Assembly: GCA_964252035.1 (NCBI GenBank)
Contig: OZ176201.1
DNA: 64,000 bases
Direction: 5' to 3' (one strand)
Origin: Podarcis erhardii
Taxonomy: Eukaryota
The position numbers and the translations under genes were made by a program. Shown piece by piece: positions 34,301-49,300 of the stretch. The notes beneath the pieces are model-generated. The model had not been told where the DNA came from and did not search any database. It saw nothing but the letters and a program-made list of their open reading frames with translations. Every line of letters begins with the position of its first letter. Positions within the stretch are counted from its first letter, which is position 1.

Positions 34301-37300
34301 AGACAAAATAAACTATTGCAATAAAGGGAAGCCGACAGAGGCATCACTTTATAAGCACCTTCATAATGTCAGAACTATTAAACCCACAAGGCACTCAATC
34401 CCCTTTGAAGCCTAACTAGGGAGAGGCTTGTAAGTCAAGAAATTAATGTTACAAAATACTGTTCTTAAATGTTGAGGGTAGGATTCAAAGATAAGCATGC
34501 CAAAACGGGCTAGAATAAGAAGAATTTCCTACCCCACGGCCCCCTAAAAGCCTTGAGGTGTTGAATGGAGTAAGCTGTGGCGCAAGAGGAAGTGATTAAC
34601 TAGAAGGCAGCCCACCTCAAGGCATTCTTTGGCTTACCTGTATGTGAAGTTGGGGTAAGAGGGGTTGGTGGAGCTACATCTTGTGTCCCTCTCAGCCTGC
34701 CAGAGGCAGTGGAAGGTAAGCCACGAACTGCAGGATTTCGTGTGTGTCTCAGTCTTTCTTCTCTCTCTCTTCGTTCACGCTCAGCATCTTCGACTGCACG
34801 GCTTGCACCCTGCAAGAACATGTAATTTGGCATTATACCAACATTTGGAATCAATTAGTTAAAAACCTGTATTCAGTGTTGAGAGTAGTTGCAGTGTCAA
34901 CGCTACACTGCTGAGCTTATCTGGACCACCGAAAGACAGTCAGAAGGAAAAGCAGACCCTGGGTCCAAATCAGACACAGACTCAGAAGATAGCAGGTTAT
35001 TCTCTCAGCCCCGTACCTATTTTTAAAAAGGGAAATGAATGGTGATCACAATATTTTTTAAATTTTTAACAGGATTTAGTTCTTTATATATAAAAAATAC
35101 TTATTTGCCACAATTTCATAAAATATTACCTACTAAGAGCAGACATGGAACAAATCCATGATGCCAGAGGATGTGGAACTTGCAATTGCTAACAAGATAC
35201 AAAGAAAACACCCGGGTACCTATAGTATTTGGCCAAAATAGCTCAAAGTTGGAAAATACATTTGTTCAAAGCTGCTGCACAACACTTTTATGACTACACT
35301 AAAAACAAAAGAACAGTGGTAGCATCGGACAATATTTTTAAAGAAAGGCAGTCCTGACGTCTTTCTTCTTCTACAGCAGCAAAGAATAAGGGGATTTATG
35401 TTGATGATTCTTGGAAATCAGTCACAAATATTCAGCCTGGTAGCTACCCAAAGTAGAGAGGAGAAATATCAGATGCTGGTTTACTTGGCAGATACCTCCA
35501 GTATTGGAAGTGCATGCATCTGAATATCAGGTGCTGGGGAGAGTGCTGTTGTGCTTAAAGTTGGTTACTGTGAGAAAATTACACTTCTTATATTCTTGGC
35601 TTTGTCAGCTGGAAGAAAGTATTTTAGCTCCACTGAATCCAATGCTATCCTCGGTGTACTGCACAATCTCCATATATACAAAATGCTTAACAATTTGCTT
35701 GATCAAACAAACAAACACCGTACTACAGAGATCACTATCCATGTTGCATTCTTATTCGCAAAAGGTGTGAAGCAAAGCAACAATTTCCCTGAAACCCATG
35801 TGTTGTAGTTCTGAAGTGACTGTTAAATAAAACAACAAAACCAAGTGTGGAATGAACACCAGCAAGTTATCACCTAACACGTTTTGCCTTTTCCTGATGT
35901 CTGCATAATATTTACTAATGTTACAATAGAATTAGAGAGGGAAATGCAACAGCTGAAACAGAAAGTGTGAAACTGGACTGGAAATCAATGGTTCAGAAAC
36001 AAAATGGATTATGGGAGACTTCATAACACTGGTCCTAAGCGGCTAACAAATTATTCTGAAGGCCAGTTTAGGGTGCTTTGCTGCCACATCTAAAGCCCCA
36101 AGGGACCTGGAGGCCAAATACTTGAAGGAACACTTCCTTCTCTATCAGCCTACCAGGTCATTAACATCTGTAGTGGAGACAAAACAAATTCCTTCCAGTA
36201 GCACCTTAAAGACCAACTAAGTCAGTTCTTGGTATGAGCTTTCGTGTGCATGCACACTTCTTCAGATCTGTAGTGGAGGTCGCATTTGTGCTTCCATCAC
36301 CAAGTGAAGGTTAGGTGGTTGTGGTGCCATCACCTATGGGATGACTTCCTCCCTGCTGACACACATATTGCACCAATATTATCTGCTGGGTCGACAAGTG
36401 AAGACACAGCTCTTTGCCCAGGCTTTTGAGAGGGGGTTAGGCACACTTTTGGAAACTGCAAAAAGGCAGGCAGAATAGGGAATTCTTAACAGAATAAAGT
36501 AATTACCTGATGATGAACTATCTCACTGAAAAGATACCCCTATGATCTATGGTGTGAATGATATACAAAATATTTCTTCATTATCATGAAGAAATGTGAC
36601 TGCACATGAGTATAACAGATCGATATAGACCAGCTTTGGTTCCAAGAACTGGTGTACAAGTCACACCACATGGCCTTCTAGCAAGGCTTCTGCCTCAGAG
36701 TGGATTTTCAGGGATCAAAATGCCTTGGCAAACCTAAAATGTACTGAACTGATCCAAAGGCAGTTTTTTTCTTCTTTTGGTCTGTAATGTAACCATGCTC
36801 CAGATGGAACAGAATGGTGTGACATCAACTTGTATCACATTTGCAGAAGAAAGAATGACTAACACTGAGATACAGATATTCAATAGACAGAGTCTATTAG
36901 GGAAGGACGAAAGATGGATGCAAGTCACAAAGAATGGTATATTGAATCTCAGGAGTATGAAATGCATATGCCAATTATTGTGCAACATCTCATACACACA
37001 GAGTTCTTTATATTTAAAAAACATAGTTAATTTTATTTTAATCATATATGTGTGTGTAAATCAGAAACCATGGAGAGATTCACCTTAGCTCTTTATTCAA
37101 GTACCTGAGAGAGTGGTCTCTGACCCCATGAAAGTCAGAGAGTCCTCTGCCGATACGTAGACTTCAAAAGATTTTTATGCATAGTCACATGAAGTACAGG
37201 GTTCACTTCCTTAAAATTAAATGGAAGGTACAAGCAAAAGTTTCAACATGTTTCAAATTTTTCTAAAAGAAACTGTTTACCCTGCGTAGCAATACTTCCC

Positions 37301-40300
37301 TGTTCTAGGCAGCTTGTGGTTACATGTGAAAGCAAAACATTGCAAATGCTTGTTCTAGTAGCTAAGTGGTGAGCTTTACCATTTTTTCTGTATGCTGCTT
37401 CTCAACCAGGTCAGAGTCCATCCTGTTTTAATCCTAAATCCCCAACCAAACTTATTGATTTCTCTAACAATGAATGCACCTACACATAGATATACAGACC
37501 CAACATCCAAATAGTGTTTTGTTAATAAAAACTAGAAAAGGTAGCAAGGTTTTTGCTTTTGGAAGAAACAAGAAACACTTTGGAAATCCAACTAGAGCCA
37601 CTGTCACAAGCATACAATATTTATTCTTTCTCGTCTGTCTTGCTGTAAATACAGAATGTCAGGCTTTTTTTCTGTTTTAAAATAGGATCTCTCGCTAAAC
37701 AAAAAATCTAAACAAAATGTGAGTACTGAAAGCCTGCAAATGCAGTACAAATTTATGTCTTCTCTTTGGGTATGTGACTTCTATCTTTGGAAGTACGGTT
37801 GCTAATTACAAAGCCTTCCAAAGCTTCCAAGTTTTTGCTACAAGGTAAGTGACCGCAAGCTGACCACCAAAGTAATGCAGTTATATCATAAATTTTAATA
37901 TCATTCTACAGTCATCTTACAGCTTCCATACCTTCTGGTCATTACAAATTATAAAATAGCTGAAGACAACACCCAGAGAACCCATTTGGTCCCCCAGAGT
38001 GATTATGGTAAATGTGCACAACCTCTTACAGCTAGGCAAGGAATGAGACAACATCAGATCATCAGCTTTGATTATTTACAATGGGATACATTGCTAGCTG
38101 CCACTCATATATACAGATCCCCAGTCTTCAAGGATTTACAGAGGCATCCCAAGCCTGTTTACTACAAAGCAAATCGCCCTGTTTCAATGTAGCTTACTCC
38201 CAGGTGAGTGCTCACAGATTTGCAGTTTGATACTTTAACCACTAGTCCTGTTATAAAGCTAAAATTGGTTTCAGTTTCATTGCTTGTAACAGTTCACACC
38301 AAACTGCCATTTGCTACAAACATGAACAAGCACTGTGAAATATATTATTTCACCTCCAGCACTTAATGTCAGATATCAAGCTCTCACTTTGTTTTCCACA
38401 ATTAAAAAAAAATTAAGTTAGCAAGTACTGACTACTTACAAATTTCAGCATGTTCCAGTCAAATACATAGTCATAGGAGAAGCCTTGTCTGTGGAAGAGG
38501 TTTCTGAATAATTGCCTTAGATATGAATAATCCGGTTTGTCATCAAAACGCAACGAGCGGCAAAAATTCAGGTATGTAGCAAATTCAGCTAAAAAGAAAT
38601 GAGAAATCCTGATGATGTTATCGTAAAGTCACTGCAAACAACAATATCCAGCACAGATTCATCAGCTCATCTGCTTTCCAAAGTATTGGCTCAATGCTTC
38701 TCATAGTAACCAAGGTGACAGAACCGTGAACTGCTTTTTCCATATGTAATCAGGAAGTGATATGCTTTTTTTCACATGCAGCACAATCCTTCATGACTGT
38801 CAGGGAAATTACTAGGATACAACGGCAGAGGCAACCTGCAGAGGAGTGTAGAGAGCCCTATTCTAGTCCACAGTGGTAAAAACAATAGAAAGATTAAGTA
38901 TGGTACAAAAGTTAGCAGGTTGCTGAACTAGGATCTGGCAGATCAGGGTTAAAATCCCCACTCAAGCTATGAAGCTGTGTGACTTTGGGCCAGTCACTGT
39001 CTCTCAGTCAAAGATGTCTCACAAGGTTGCTGTGAGGATAAAAAGGACACAATCATGTATGCCACTGAGTTCCTTGGAGGAAAAGTACAATATAACTGTA
39101 ATTCATAAATGCAATAAAACAAACAAAACAGAGAGAGAGAGATATTTCTTTTTAAAGCAACGACTGGTAACTTATGCACTGTGACTGAACATGTGCTGAC
39201 TGAACATGTAACTCATTTGTTCATCATGGTAAGCTGCTCATTGAATACCAAACAGTGTAGACAGAGAAAAATCCATACATATGCAGCACCTTGGAAAGAG
39301 GGGAGCACAAAAAGGGGGGGGTGTTGAAGTTGTTTACAAAGCAGCCAAACAACATACCTTCATTTAACCATTAAATGAAATTTTAACCAAATAACAAGAA
39401 AGCGTTAGTACATACAAATAAGAGCTAGAATAATTTCTAAGATAGAGAGGTAACAGAAAATGTAACATCAACTTAATGTAAGTTTCACTGAACAGTTAGC
39501 TTTGAAATCAATACTGAAGACATCTATTTCAGAGAATAAACTTACAAGGGTATCCTTTACACAAAACCTCAATGGGTGTGGACATTTTCTTTTCACTGAT
39601 GCGTTCATATTTCTGTCTTTTTGTAGCTGCCTTCAATCCCTGCCAGGGGAGGGAGCCCAGGTTAAAATACATGAGTACATAGCCCAAGGACTCCAAGTCA
39701 TCTCTGCGAGATTGTTCTACAAGGAGTAGAAGAGTGGAGCCATTAGGTTCTATCATCTGGTGAAATGGTTCAAATATGCTTAAAGCAAAAATTACACAAC
39801 AAAGATCTTACCTGCAAGAAAAACATTGTTAAATAGTTAATTTCAACCTTGCCAATAAAATCAGTATGAAAAATGGTTTACTCTTGCAATAATCCAACAA
39901 TTATTCCTAAAGAATCCCATACTGGAAACTGTTCAAATGGCCATATAGGTCCATACCACAACAGAAATACAGAATCATTCACCCACAACACTTGCCGATC
40001 AACCAGGGTTTTACAGCTTTGAGCGTAAAGGCAACCATGATTTAGTTGCTTCTGGCTCCTTCCTGTCCCAAATCCTCTGAACTGAGGAGAGAAGGTGGAT
40101 CTTATTTCATTTTGCTTGAACCTTTTACAGTCTCTGAATGTTGCTTCTACCATGCTAGTGTGAGGAGACCTCTCCCCAAGCATCCCCTGAAATTCATGGA
40201 GAACTCTGGGGAGGGGTGCAAAGACATCTGTGGAGCCCTGCAATCAACCAAGGAAATTCAAGCCACAGTGCCAAGAACAGACATACTGCAGAAAGCTGCT

Positions 40301-43300
40301 AACGATGATTCACACCACTGAGCCAAGTTGCAAGATTAGCCACAATTTCTTGACACAGGCTGCAGTGAAAGACAGTGTTCTCCAACCCATATCTCTCAGG
40401 ACTATAAACTTCTTTATGGTAAAGTTCTTTGTTGTTGTGCCATTGGAAACAGCTTCTAGCAAGGCAAGTTTTATGTCTGCATGCAAGTGGAGGCAAACAG
40501 AAACAAAACAAATCCTGAGATAACTTTTACAAGCTTGACCTGAAGGGAAATTTCTTCTCGATCCCATATATGGTAGTCTGACCCCAAGAAAAAAATCTAC
40601 CAAGCTATCCCAATGGAAGTTTATTGGATGAAACACTCCCAACATCTTGTTTGAGGCTGTCACATGCATTAGAGAGCATGACCATTTGATTTGTTTCACT
40701 GCTGCACATACAGCGCAATCCTAACAACATCTATTCAGAAATAAGTCCTACTGGATTCAACAGGGCTCACTCCCAGATCAAAGCCCCCTTTTTTCAATGG
40801 TAGCCAGAACAATTTATTTTATCCAGATGTCTTATTGCATGAACATTCCTACAACAATAACCAAAATAATCTGCTACCAGCTCACCAATTCCAAGATGAG
40901 TGTTGATAGAGGCATAGCGGGCGGTTCCTGTTAAATTTTTATTTTCACGATATGGAATGTGCTGGTGCGTTCGAGCATCCCGATATTTCTTGGCCAGCCC
41001 AAAATCTATGATGTAGACAAGATTGCCCTTCTTGCCTAATCCCATCAGGAAGTTGTCAGGCTTTACATCTCGGTGGATGAAGTTCTTCGAATGAATGTAT
41101 TCTATTCGGCTAATCTAATTGCAGAAAGACATAATTTCAGAATTACAGCATATAAAACCTTTCAAAAACAACCAGCTGCTCCTTTATATTGGGCTTTAAT
41201 ACTAAAATCCTACTTTGATAACGTTTAAGCTTAAAAGCTATTTGCTTGCTTTATTATGCCTGCATTATTTGTTCTACTTAACCCCCTTTTTAAAATACCA
41301 CAAGCCAGTTTAACTTGTTTCTAACTGTGCAACTGTACACATGACAACTAGGAAGTAAGTCTAATTAAGATCAATAGGATTTACTGCCAGGTATGTGTGT
41401 ATAAGATTGCAGTCTAAGTGGCTTTCCTCCTGGGTCTTTTGATGAAGCAAGAATTAATGTCTTATCTGGATCTCACTTTGGGCACTGACAGAGTGACATC
41501 CCCCCCCCCCAAAAAAGAGCTGTGTAGGGATCCTGAGGGACATTTAGTCCAACACCCTGCAATGCAGAAATCTCAACTAGAGCTTACATGACAGATGGCC
41601 ATCCAACATCTGCTTAAAAACCTCCAAGGATCTTCAACTAGGTAAGATTGAATTTTGGCTCTAAAGATTTTGCTGTAACAGCAGTACTACTACATTAGGC
41701 CAATAGTTGCCTCCAAGGCTGAAGCCAGAGAGCCCTTGGCATAGTGCCAACAATGAGCCCTCACTATATCTACTTCCAATCAGGTCATGGCCCAATCCTA
41801 CCTATAGACCTACAAAATCAGTAAGGCAAGACAATATACTCTGAGTAACTTCAAAATGGCAGGTGACCACTGAGGGTGAAAGGTAAGCTTGGCTCCTATT
41901 TAAAAGCAGAAACACTGTGTACTGCTGAAAAATATTGGTGGGTCCAGCAGGGAAGATGGTGAATGGTGCTGCGGCTGGTCCAGTGAGGGGCTCTCTTCCA
42001 AGCCCCTGGGAGACTCAGCCAGTGCCCAAACTATCTGACTACTGACCATGGCGTCATCTAGCACCATTGCTATATCATTTCAGTGCCACTTGCTTGCATA
42101 AAGCATGGTTTCCAGATGCTTCAAATGGTAGCAGTACACATAACTGGAATATTTATGGTCCTGCTGTTTTACTTAAACCTTTCTGAACCTAAGGGTTTAA
42201 AAATGGACACACATACAGACATCCTAATAGCCATCAGAGAAGATACTATTCACGGACATATTTAGTTCTTATTGTCTTCTATGTCTGTGCAGAAGTACAA
42301 ACCAAGAATGTCTTCACACTTATTTTGGAAGAACAATTCACAAGTTGATTTATATAACATTTTCAGGAAGTTATTTATTATGCATAAACTGGCCAATTTT
42401 TTTGTGGCAGCAAAGTTTTAAATACATATAGGCTCAGATTCTGCAACTTGATCCTAACATAAAGTTGAAGAATCTGTAAAACTTGATGTGTTGACTGTTG
42501 TTACCCCTTGAGGGAAAGATTAGCTTTTAAAATAATTGCAAACCCTCATGTCAAGAGATAGATAAGGAATGTAGCCTAACACACTAGAAACGGGTGAATG
42601 CTTTAGAATCCAGCCCAACAGCCACTAACTACACAGCCTCTCTTTGCAACCCTGAGAACAATCCATTTTGGAAAAAGTATGTATTTTAAAGAAGCACAAG
42701 CATGTTCCCACTGCAGCTAAATTGGTCTGATTCACACTGGCAAAAATAACTTTAGAAGCATTATTTGTACTGGACACATTTCATTTTCTGGTATATGAAG
42801 AGAATAGCTTAAGTGGTAGGCTTTCTACCTGCCCTCTGAAAGAAAGGAGTCCCAAATTTTGTGCCATATAAGACAATTATTTATAGAATGCAGAGAGGAT
42901 TTAGGGAAGCCCTCCTACCCAATAATCAAGACATGCAAAGATTTTAATACCATTTGGTCAGCAAGTAAAAGGACTGTCTTGAGGCTGAATTTTCTTGAAC
43001 AGAAGTTAAAGAGATCTTCAAGGCTTGGTCCCAACAACTCCATCACCATTACATTGTAGTCACCTTCAGCACCGCACCATTTGATTGTGGGAATGCCCAC
43101 TAGAAAAAAAGGGGGGAAATTACTATAGTATTTTGTGAAAACAGAAGGTATCTGCACAAAATAGGTATGACACACCCACAGATTATTATCTAAATTACAG
43201 CACATTTTTCTTCCTGAAAAATGTATGCATTTGGGGGGGAGGAGATAGGGGGAAGGGACTGGAACTGGAGGAAGGTCCTGGGACATCTTGTATAGATGTG

Positions 43301-46300
43301 CTTCCAATGGGATGTGATCTTCTCCTTCTTTCTAAGTACAAGTACTCCCTATTAAGAAGCCAAAAGGGAGGGAAAGACCATTGTTGTGCTATGAATCCTA
43401 ACTATCAGGCGTCAAATTAGTCTACAGTAGCTATGAATACTCAGAATTCAACAAATATTTTATAGCATATTTGTATATGACATTTTAAATCTGTGCTGTT
43501 TAACCTGGGCTCAGAAATTATGAGGTTCCCTTGGTTACAGCTTCAGAAGATTCCCCCCAAATAAGTTCTGAGAGTTGCTCAATTCTTTCACCACTACCTG
43601 CATTCCCCACTCTGACTGATATTACTGTGTCATAATTCTAGGTAATTAAAGCTAGAAGATCAGAATAAAGAACACTTTAAACAAGAGATGGGTAACCTCT
43701 GACCCTCCAGGTGTTGTTGGACTCCCAAGTTGCATCAGCTCTGGCTAGCAAGGTGATTGGCAGGGGATAACGAGAGATGTAGTCCAGAAACATTGATTTC
43801 CCACCCCTACTTTAAAATAATCTGAATCATGCAAGCAGCTGGCTCAGTGGTTACCAGCACAGAGCGGAACTGTGCCAGGTCTGCATTTGGCTTCTCTCTC
43901 CAGCATTGCAAGATTGGATGAGTAAGAGCACATTTATTTGTGCATCATCTAGAGTAACACAATGCAGAACTGTAATAATATCTGCTGAACCCCATCTCCA
44001 GAGTATATTTGCCTAACTTGGGGAAGGCACATTCAGGTACTCTGCAATGGACAATGCTACTCATCCGAAATGAGTAGCAAATTACAAGACTTGCAAGAAC
44101 TATGCCCATGTAGTTAACTGTTGTCAGTTAACAGATCCACACTCAAGGTTATAGCAAAACAAATGTAATATTTTTTGTGCCTCTGAAACTATAAAAAGCA
44201 GTTTGCAATTACTGAGGAAAAAGTATAGGTCCAAACAAGAAAGCTTCTCACGAAGTTCAAGAGTGAAATGGTATCTTGCCTATATGGTATCACATGCAAA
44301 GACCATGCCTTTAAGTAAAAGGATCTGCCCAGTTTTAAGATTGTCAAACCAGGATTGACACTACTGTCAGAACATAATTTCAATAAAGACTCTCCTCCTG
44401 GAAGAGAGGGGAGTGGTTGTGGGCGGGAACCCGAGATCTACCCCTAGCAGGGGGCGTTAGCCCCCTGCCTTCCACTCACCTGGCTGGCGCCCACGCCCAT
44501 TGGCAGGCACCCAACCAGGTGTCTCCGAGGGGGCGTGTACAGCAGCCTATATGCTGCGGTGCCAGCCCCTACTCGGCCTCACTCTTCGTCGTCCCGTCGC
44601 GAGTCACCCACCCTCCACTCCCTTTTAGCTCAGGGTCTTAGTTTTCCTTGGCCTTGCTATGGACCTTAGGTTGGTTGCCCTGGTTGTCTGGGGGGCCTGG
44701 TAGGAATTTTTCCATTTGGCATTAGGCTTTTTGGTTTTTTCGCCTACCTCATAGCAATCGTCACAACTTTCGTGGTATTGGTGGGTAGGTTAGGCATTGG
44801 AATAATGTGTTGTGGTGTGTCGAAGGGCTAGGTGTGGCCATCACCTATGCCTTCAATTTCTAGGGGTATTCCGTTAAAGGAATCTGGCGGTCGTGTATTC
44901 AGTCCGATGCCTGCTTGGTGGGAGGCCATGGCACGACCCTCGGTGACATCAGGGGAGAGCCTATAGTTGGATTAGCATCAACAGGCTCCACCTACTGGTG
45001 AATAAACCCCCCTTGTTTCTGACTCACACCTCTCTGAGGGGGTGGAGTCAGCTGACGTAATCCAATGCCTAAGCCAATACCTTTTCACTTGCTGTAATCA
45101 ATAAAGTTGTGGCCTTTTCTTGCCCATTAACCTTATATCACATGTCCTTGTGTATTCATTCCACTTTGGGGGAATCGGGTCCTCGAACCACAATATATAT
45201 ATCTCATTTGTGTGATTGAAAACCTCTCATGTTCATGATCTACAGTTCAAAAGTTCCCTTCTTTTAACATTACAACTCAGAAAAATGTCACAGATAAACA
45301 ACAACTTGATTTGCATTTAAGTAATGAGGAGACAGGTTGAGGTAGTGTTGGTAATCCACGGGCTCAGAGGGTAACTCTTAGTGAAGCAATTGTTTGTCAG
45401 CCTCACAACCCCCTGTGTAAACAAGAGCCTACCTTATTAGAACATTGAGAATGAAGACTAAAACTGAAGTCCCACCCATACTTACTTAGGATTAAAGACT
45501 CAATGAACTCAGTGCTACTCTTATTTCTAAGAAAGCACATTTAGGATTCTACTGCTGCAGCTCCCTAATGCATGGCAGGAAGGTAACCATGAAATCACTT
45601 GTGCACATATGCAGTGCTATCTGCCTTCTTCAGTTTATAGCTAGAACATTAGTACCCATATGACTTATCAGCAAAGATATTTTTTACCTCCACCCTGCAT
45701 CATTTTGTAAATTTTGCTTTCTATATGGAGTTGAGGATGTTTGGTTTTCACACATTCCAATTTGATGGCAACCTCTTCTCCAGCAGCAATGTCAGTCCCT
45801 AAAGGAGAGAAGAAAACACAACTTCAAAATCCAAGACTATCAAACATGAACTAACCAAAGAAATTGCTTATACACCCTGGCAATGTGTGTAACAGTTGCT
45901 GGCATCACAAGGTAGTTGTACAGAATAACCAAGAAGGGGGGTGAACCATGCAAGCCTTGGAGAAAAAGGTGGAGATGTCAGTCGCCAACCTGGCATCTAG
46001 AGATCTCCACGTGGTTGCAATTGTACCCACATCAGGAGCAAAATGCGCCTGGTGCCTAGCTAATTTCTAACACTGCAAGTACATTCCCCTCATGCTTTTG
46101 AACTGATATAACTTGCATTGGTAGTGTCACCTATACATTACTGGCAGCCCTGTTTACACATGTTCAATATGTGTATGACCCAGAAATGTCATAAAGACAT
46201 CAGTGAAATATCTCTAAAAGGGTGGAACACGGGCAGGGCAGAGGTGGAATGGTGTGTTTGCAGGCTTTTTCAATGGGTTTTAATTATACACAATTTCACT

Positions 46301-49300
46301 GATGCATGCGGTGCCCGGGAACATAACCCACGCGTAAACAGGATACAATCTAAGCAAACTTAAGCCCATTTAAGTCTTAGTGATTTCACAGTGGGTTGTA
46401 TCCAAGGGTGTCTGCAAGTGAGCAGAACAGATTTCCTCTTGTGCAACTGGACTTTTCTTTTCTCCCTCCTGCAGTTCCCATACCATATACCCTCAGAAAC
46501 TGCTTTGGAGGTTTGGGGGAGTCTCCAGAGAAACCTAGGGTGTGCGCAGCTGGCTGCAGGGGGGAAAGATAAGAAGATGAAGTCCTGTCCACAAGCCCAT
46601 TCACACATTAGCTCTTCATCAAAATCAATGGGACATAAGGGCTCTAAAATGATGGTTAAGATTCTATATTCATCTGTTGTGTGCAAAAGCAATTCCTTAA
46701 TTTGTAAACAATGGTTTCAATAGGTTTTTTATTACTCAATTTCTCAGTATCCACTAAGTTGCGTTTTGTAATGCAGCATGTACTGTACTACAGTATCATG
46801 AGCACCTGCAGATTATGTCCTATTTAATATACACAAGTCAAAGGGAATTTATTTATTTCATAAAATTTATACACCACTTGATTGTAAAAAACCTCAAAGC
46901 AGTTTACAAAAGATAAAATAGTAAAATCAAGGAAATTTCACAACCATACTTAAAAACATATAAAAGTTAAAATGCTAAAGCAGACTGAAATTACCTCAAC
47001 TTTCTAAGCATCAGGGTAGGCTTGTTTAAACAAAAACATTTTTAGCAGATACCAAAAAGAGTACAGTGAAGGCACCTGCTTGATCTCAATAGGCAGGGAA
47101 TTCCAAAGTGTAGGCACTGCCACACTAACACAATCACATTCTTACATGAAATATGTTGATGTATGTTTTTAGCTTATAGTTGATTTTATCTTTCAAATGT
47201 TTTATAGAGCTGTTTTTACTGATAATGTTATTGTTTTATTCCCTTTGTAAACTACTTTGAGGTTTTTTGTTAACAATTAAGTGGAACACATAAATTTTAT
47301 GAAATAAATAGACAAGCATGCAAAGGCTGTAATTAACAAAGAAAAAATAGTCTACTTTCAGTCTCATCTAAGTCTGGGAGCAGACGAAATGCAAGAGAAG
47401 AGAGAACATACGAGTATGGCATGCCTTTAAGCTGATAAGGACATTCCACGCTCGTGAATAGGCAGGCCCACTTGCATACAAGACACAGGAAATGTCAATG
47501 ACAAGCGACGGATTGCACACAGCACAATGACTTCTCCAGGTTCACATCTTGATTTAGCTGAGCCTTCTGGTTTAAAACACTGTCCCCCCTTTCTAAACAT
47601 GATTTTATTTGGAAGGCTCTTGCATGTAGCACCAGTGTTTCACATACAGACTACATTATACACATAATGATTTTGGCTAAGAGAGAGAGGTTAATATCCG
47701 AGGTAACAAGGGATTAACTTTTTTTAACCAGAATGAATGCAACAGTAGTGTTACAATAAACAACTTGGTTTTAGGTACAGTCATACCTTGTTACGTTTGC
47801 GTCATGTTACATTCTTTCAGGTTACGTCCCGTGGCGACCCGGAAGTACCGGAAAGGGTTACTTCTGGGTTTCGCCACTCACACATGCACACAAGCGCCAA
47901 ATCGTGCCATGCACCTGCACAGATACGGCGCTTCAGGCTGCACTCTTTTCATGTTGTAAACGGGCCTCCGGAACGGATCTCATTCGCAACCAGATGTACC
48001 ACTGTATATCAAGACTGTGACATGGTGTGCACACACATTGTGCATGCATGCACTCTCTCACTCAGGGAGTCTTCTTTAATATGTCCCATATTAACCCTTC
48101 TATATTGTACTTATATAGGGGAGAACTAGGAAGAAGTATGCTGCTTAAAAGGGTCAAGCCATTTTACTGCATATTATCTTTAGAACAGTACATAAAATAT
48201 TAACTCCACTAAGCAAAAACCACAGGCCATAAGCAATTTGTTCTTTATTCACTTAAGAAGGGGCTCAGCTGCAACCATGCACAGTTAGGTACAGATTCCT
48301 GAGCAAGGAAGCTTCTCTTAGGTAAGCACATTTTCTGCCAAAAAAAGTTTCTAGTGACTGGGCAACATTTCACAATTCTTAAGAAAACATAAGCTGGCTA
48401 AAGGTCAAATTCTGGGATAAGTATCATGTCTATGTAAGATATATTTCACCAAATGAAGTTGTTAGCTATATTTTCAAATTAATGCACAATACTAATTTGC
48501 CATGGAACTCACATCTTCTGCTACAATAGAAGGAGTTGGGATCTTCCTGACTAAGAAGTGGCAAAAACTACTTCTGTTGTAAAAGGAATCCACACCACTG
48601 AAAAACCAAAAACCTCAAGATCTTCCTATCAGACATTAACATTTATTTTATGACTAGCAGAAGCTGAGAAACCCCTACATCTCCTATCTAGAGACAGAAC
48701 TTTGCACTGGATTATCTGGAATACCTACTTACAGCCTCAAACCAAGTAACAAAGGCCAACTGACCTCTACAACATATACAAAGAAATAACAGCATTGGTC
48801 TTGCTGATGCAGCAGAGTAACACTGATAGTGCGAGCTATACTTCCATACATTAAAAAGCTGTTCCAGAAGAACTCAACTCAAGGATTCCTAGGATCTACT
48901 TTTCAATACAATATGTAAGTTGTTACAGAGCAAGATGACTATTCACCAAAGCTATTAGGCAATATCCAACTGTTGTGCTCTGCTTGTGCAACCAATTCCC
49001 CCTTCCCCTCTTCTCTGAAGTCTCCTGGGTGACCCCCAACCCAAAATCTGTTCTGGAGGGTTAGGGACCTCTCCAGAAACCGAGAAGATTGGAAGGCATG
49101 AGTGACAGCAGAACAGCTAAGAGCAAGTCCCATCATTCCATGGGTGCAACAATGGATCTTGTGTTGGGAAGATTTTGTAACATACCAATACTCTAAGTGA
49201 GCACAAAAGTTTCTTAAGTATAGCTTAATTGTATTGTATCTACAAGGGCTGCCTTGGAAACAATTGGTGAAAGAGCAAGGTATCTATCTTTTAAATACAT

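Noticed and set aside
46135-46345. Possible degraded MITE with CCTGTTTAC / GTAAACAGG ends
   Set aside because: Inverted match too short and no clear TA duplication.
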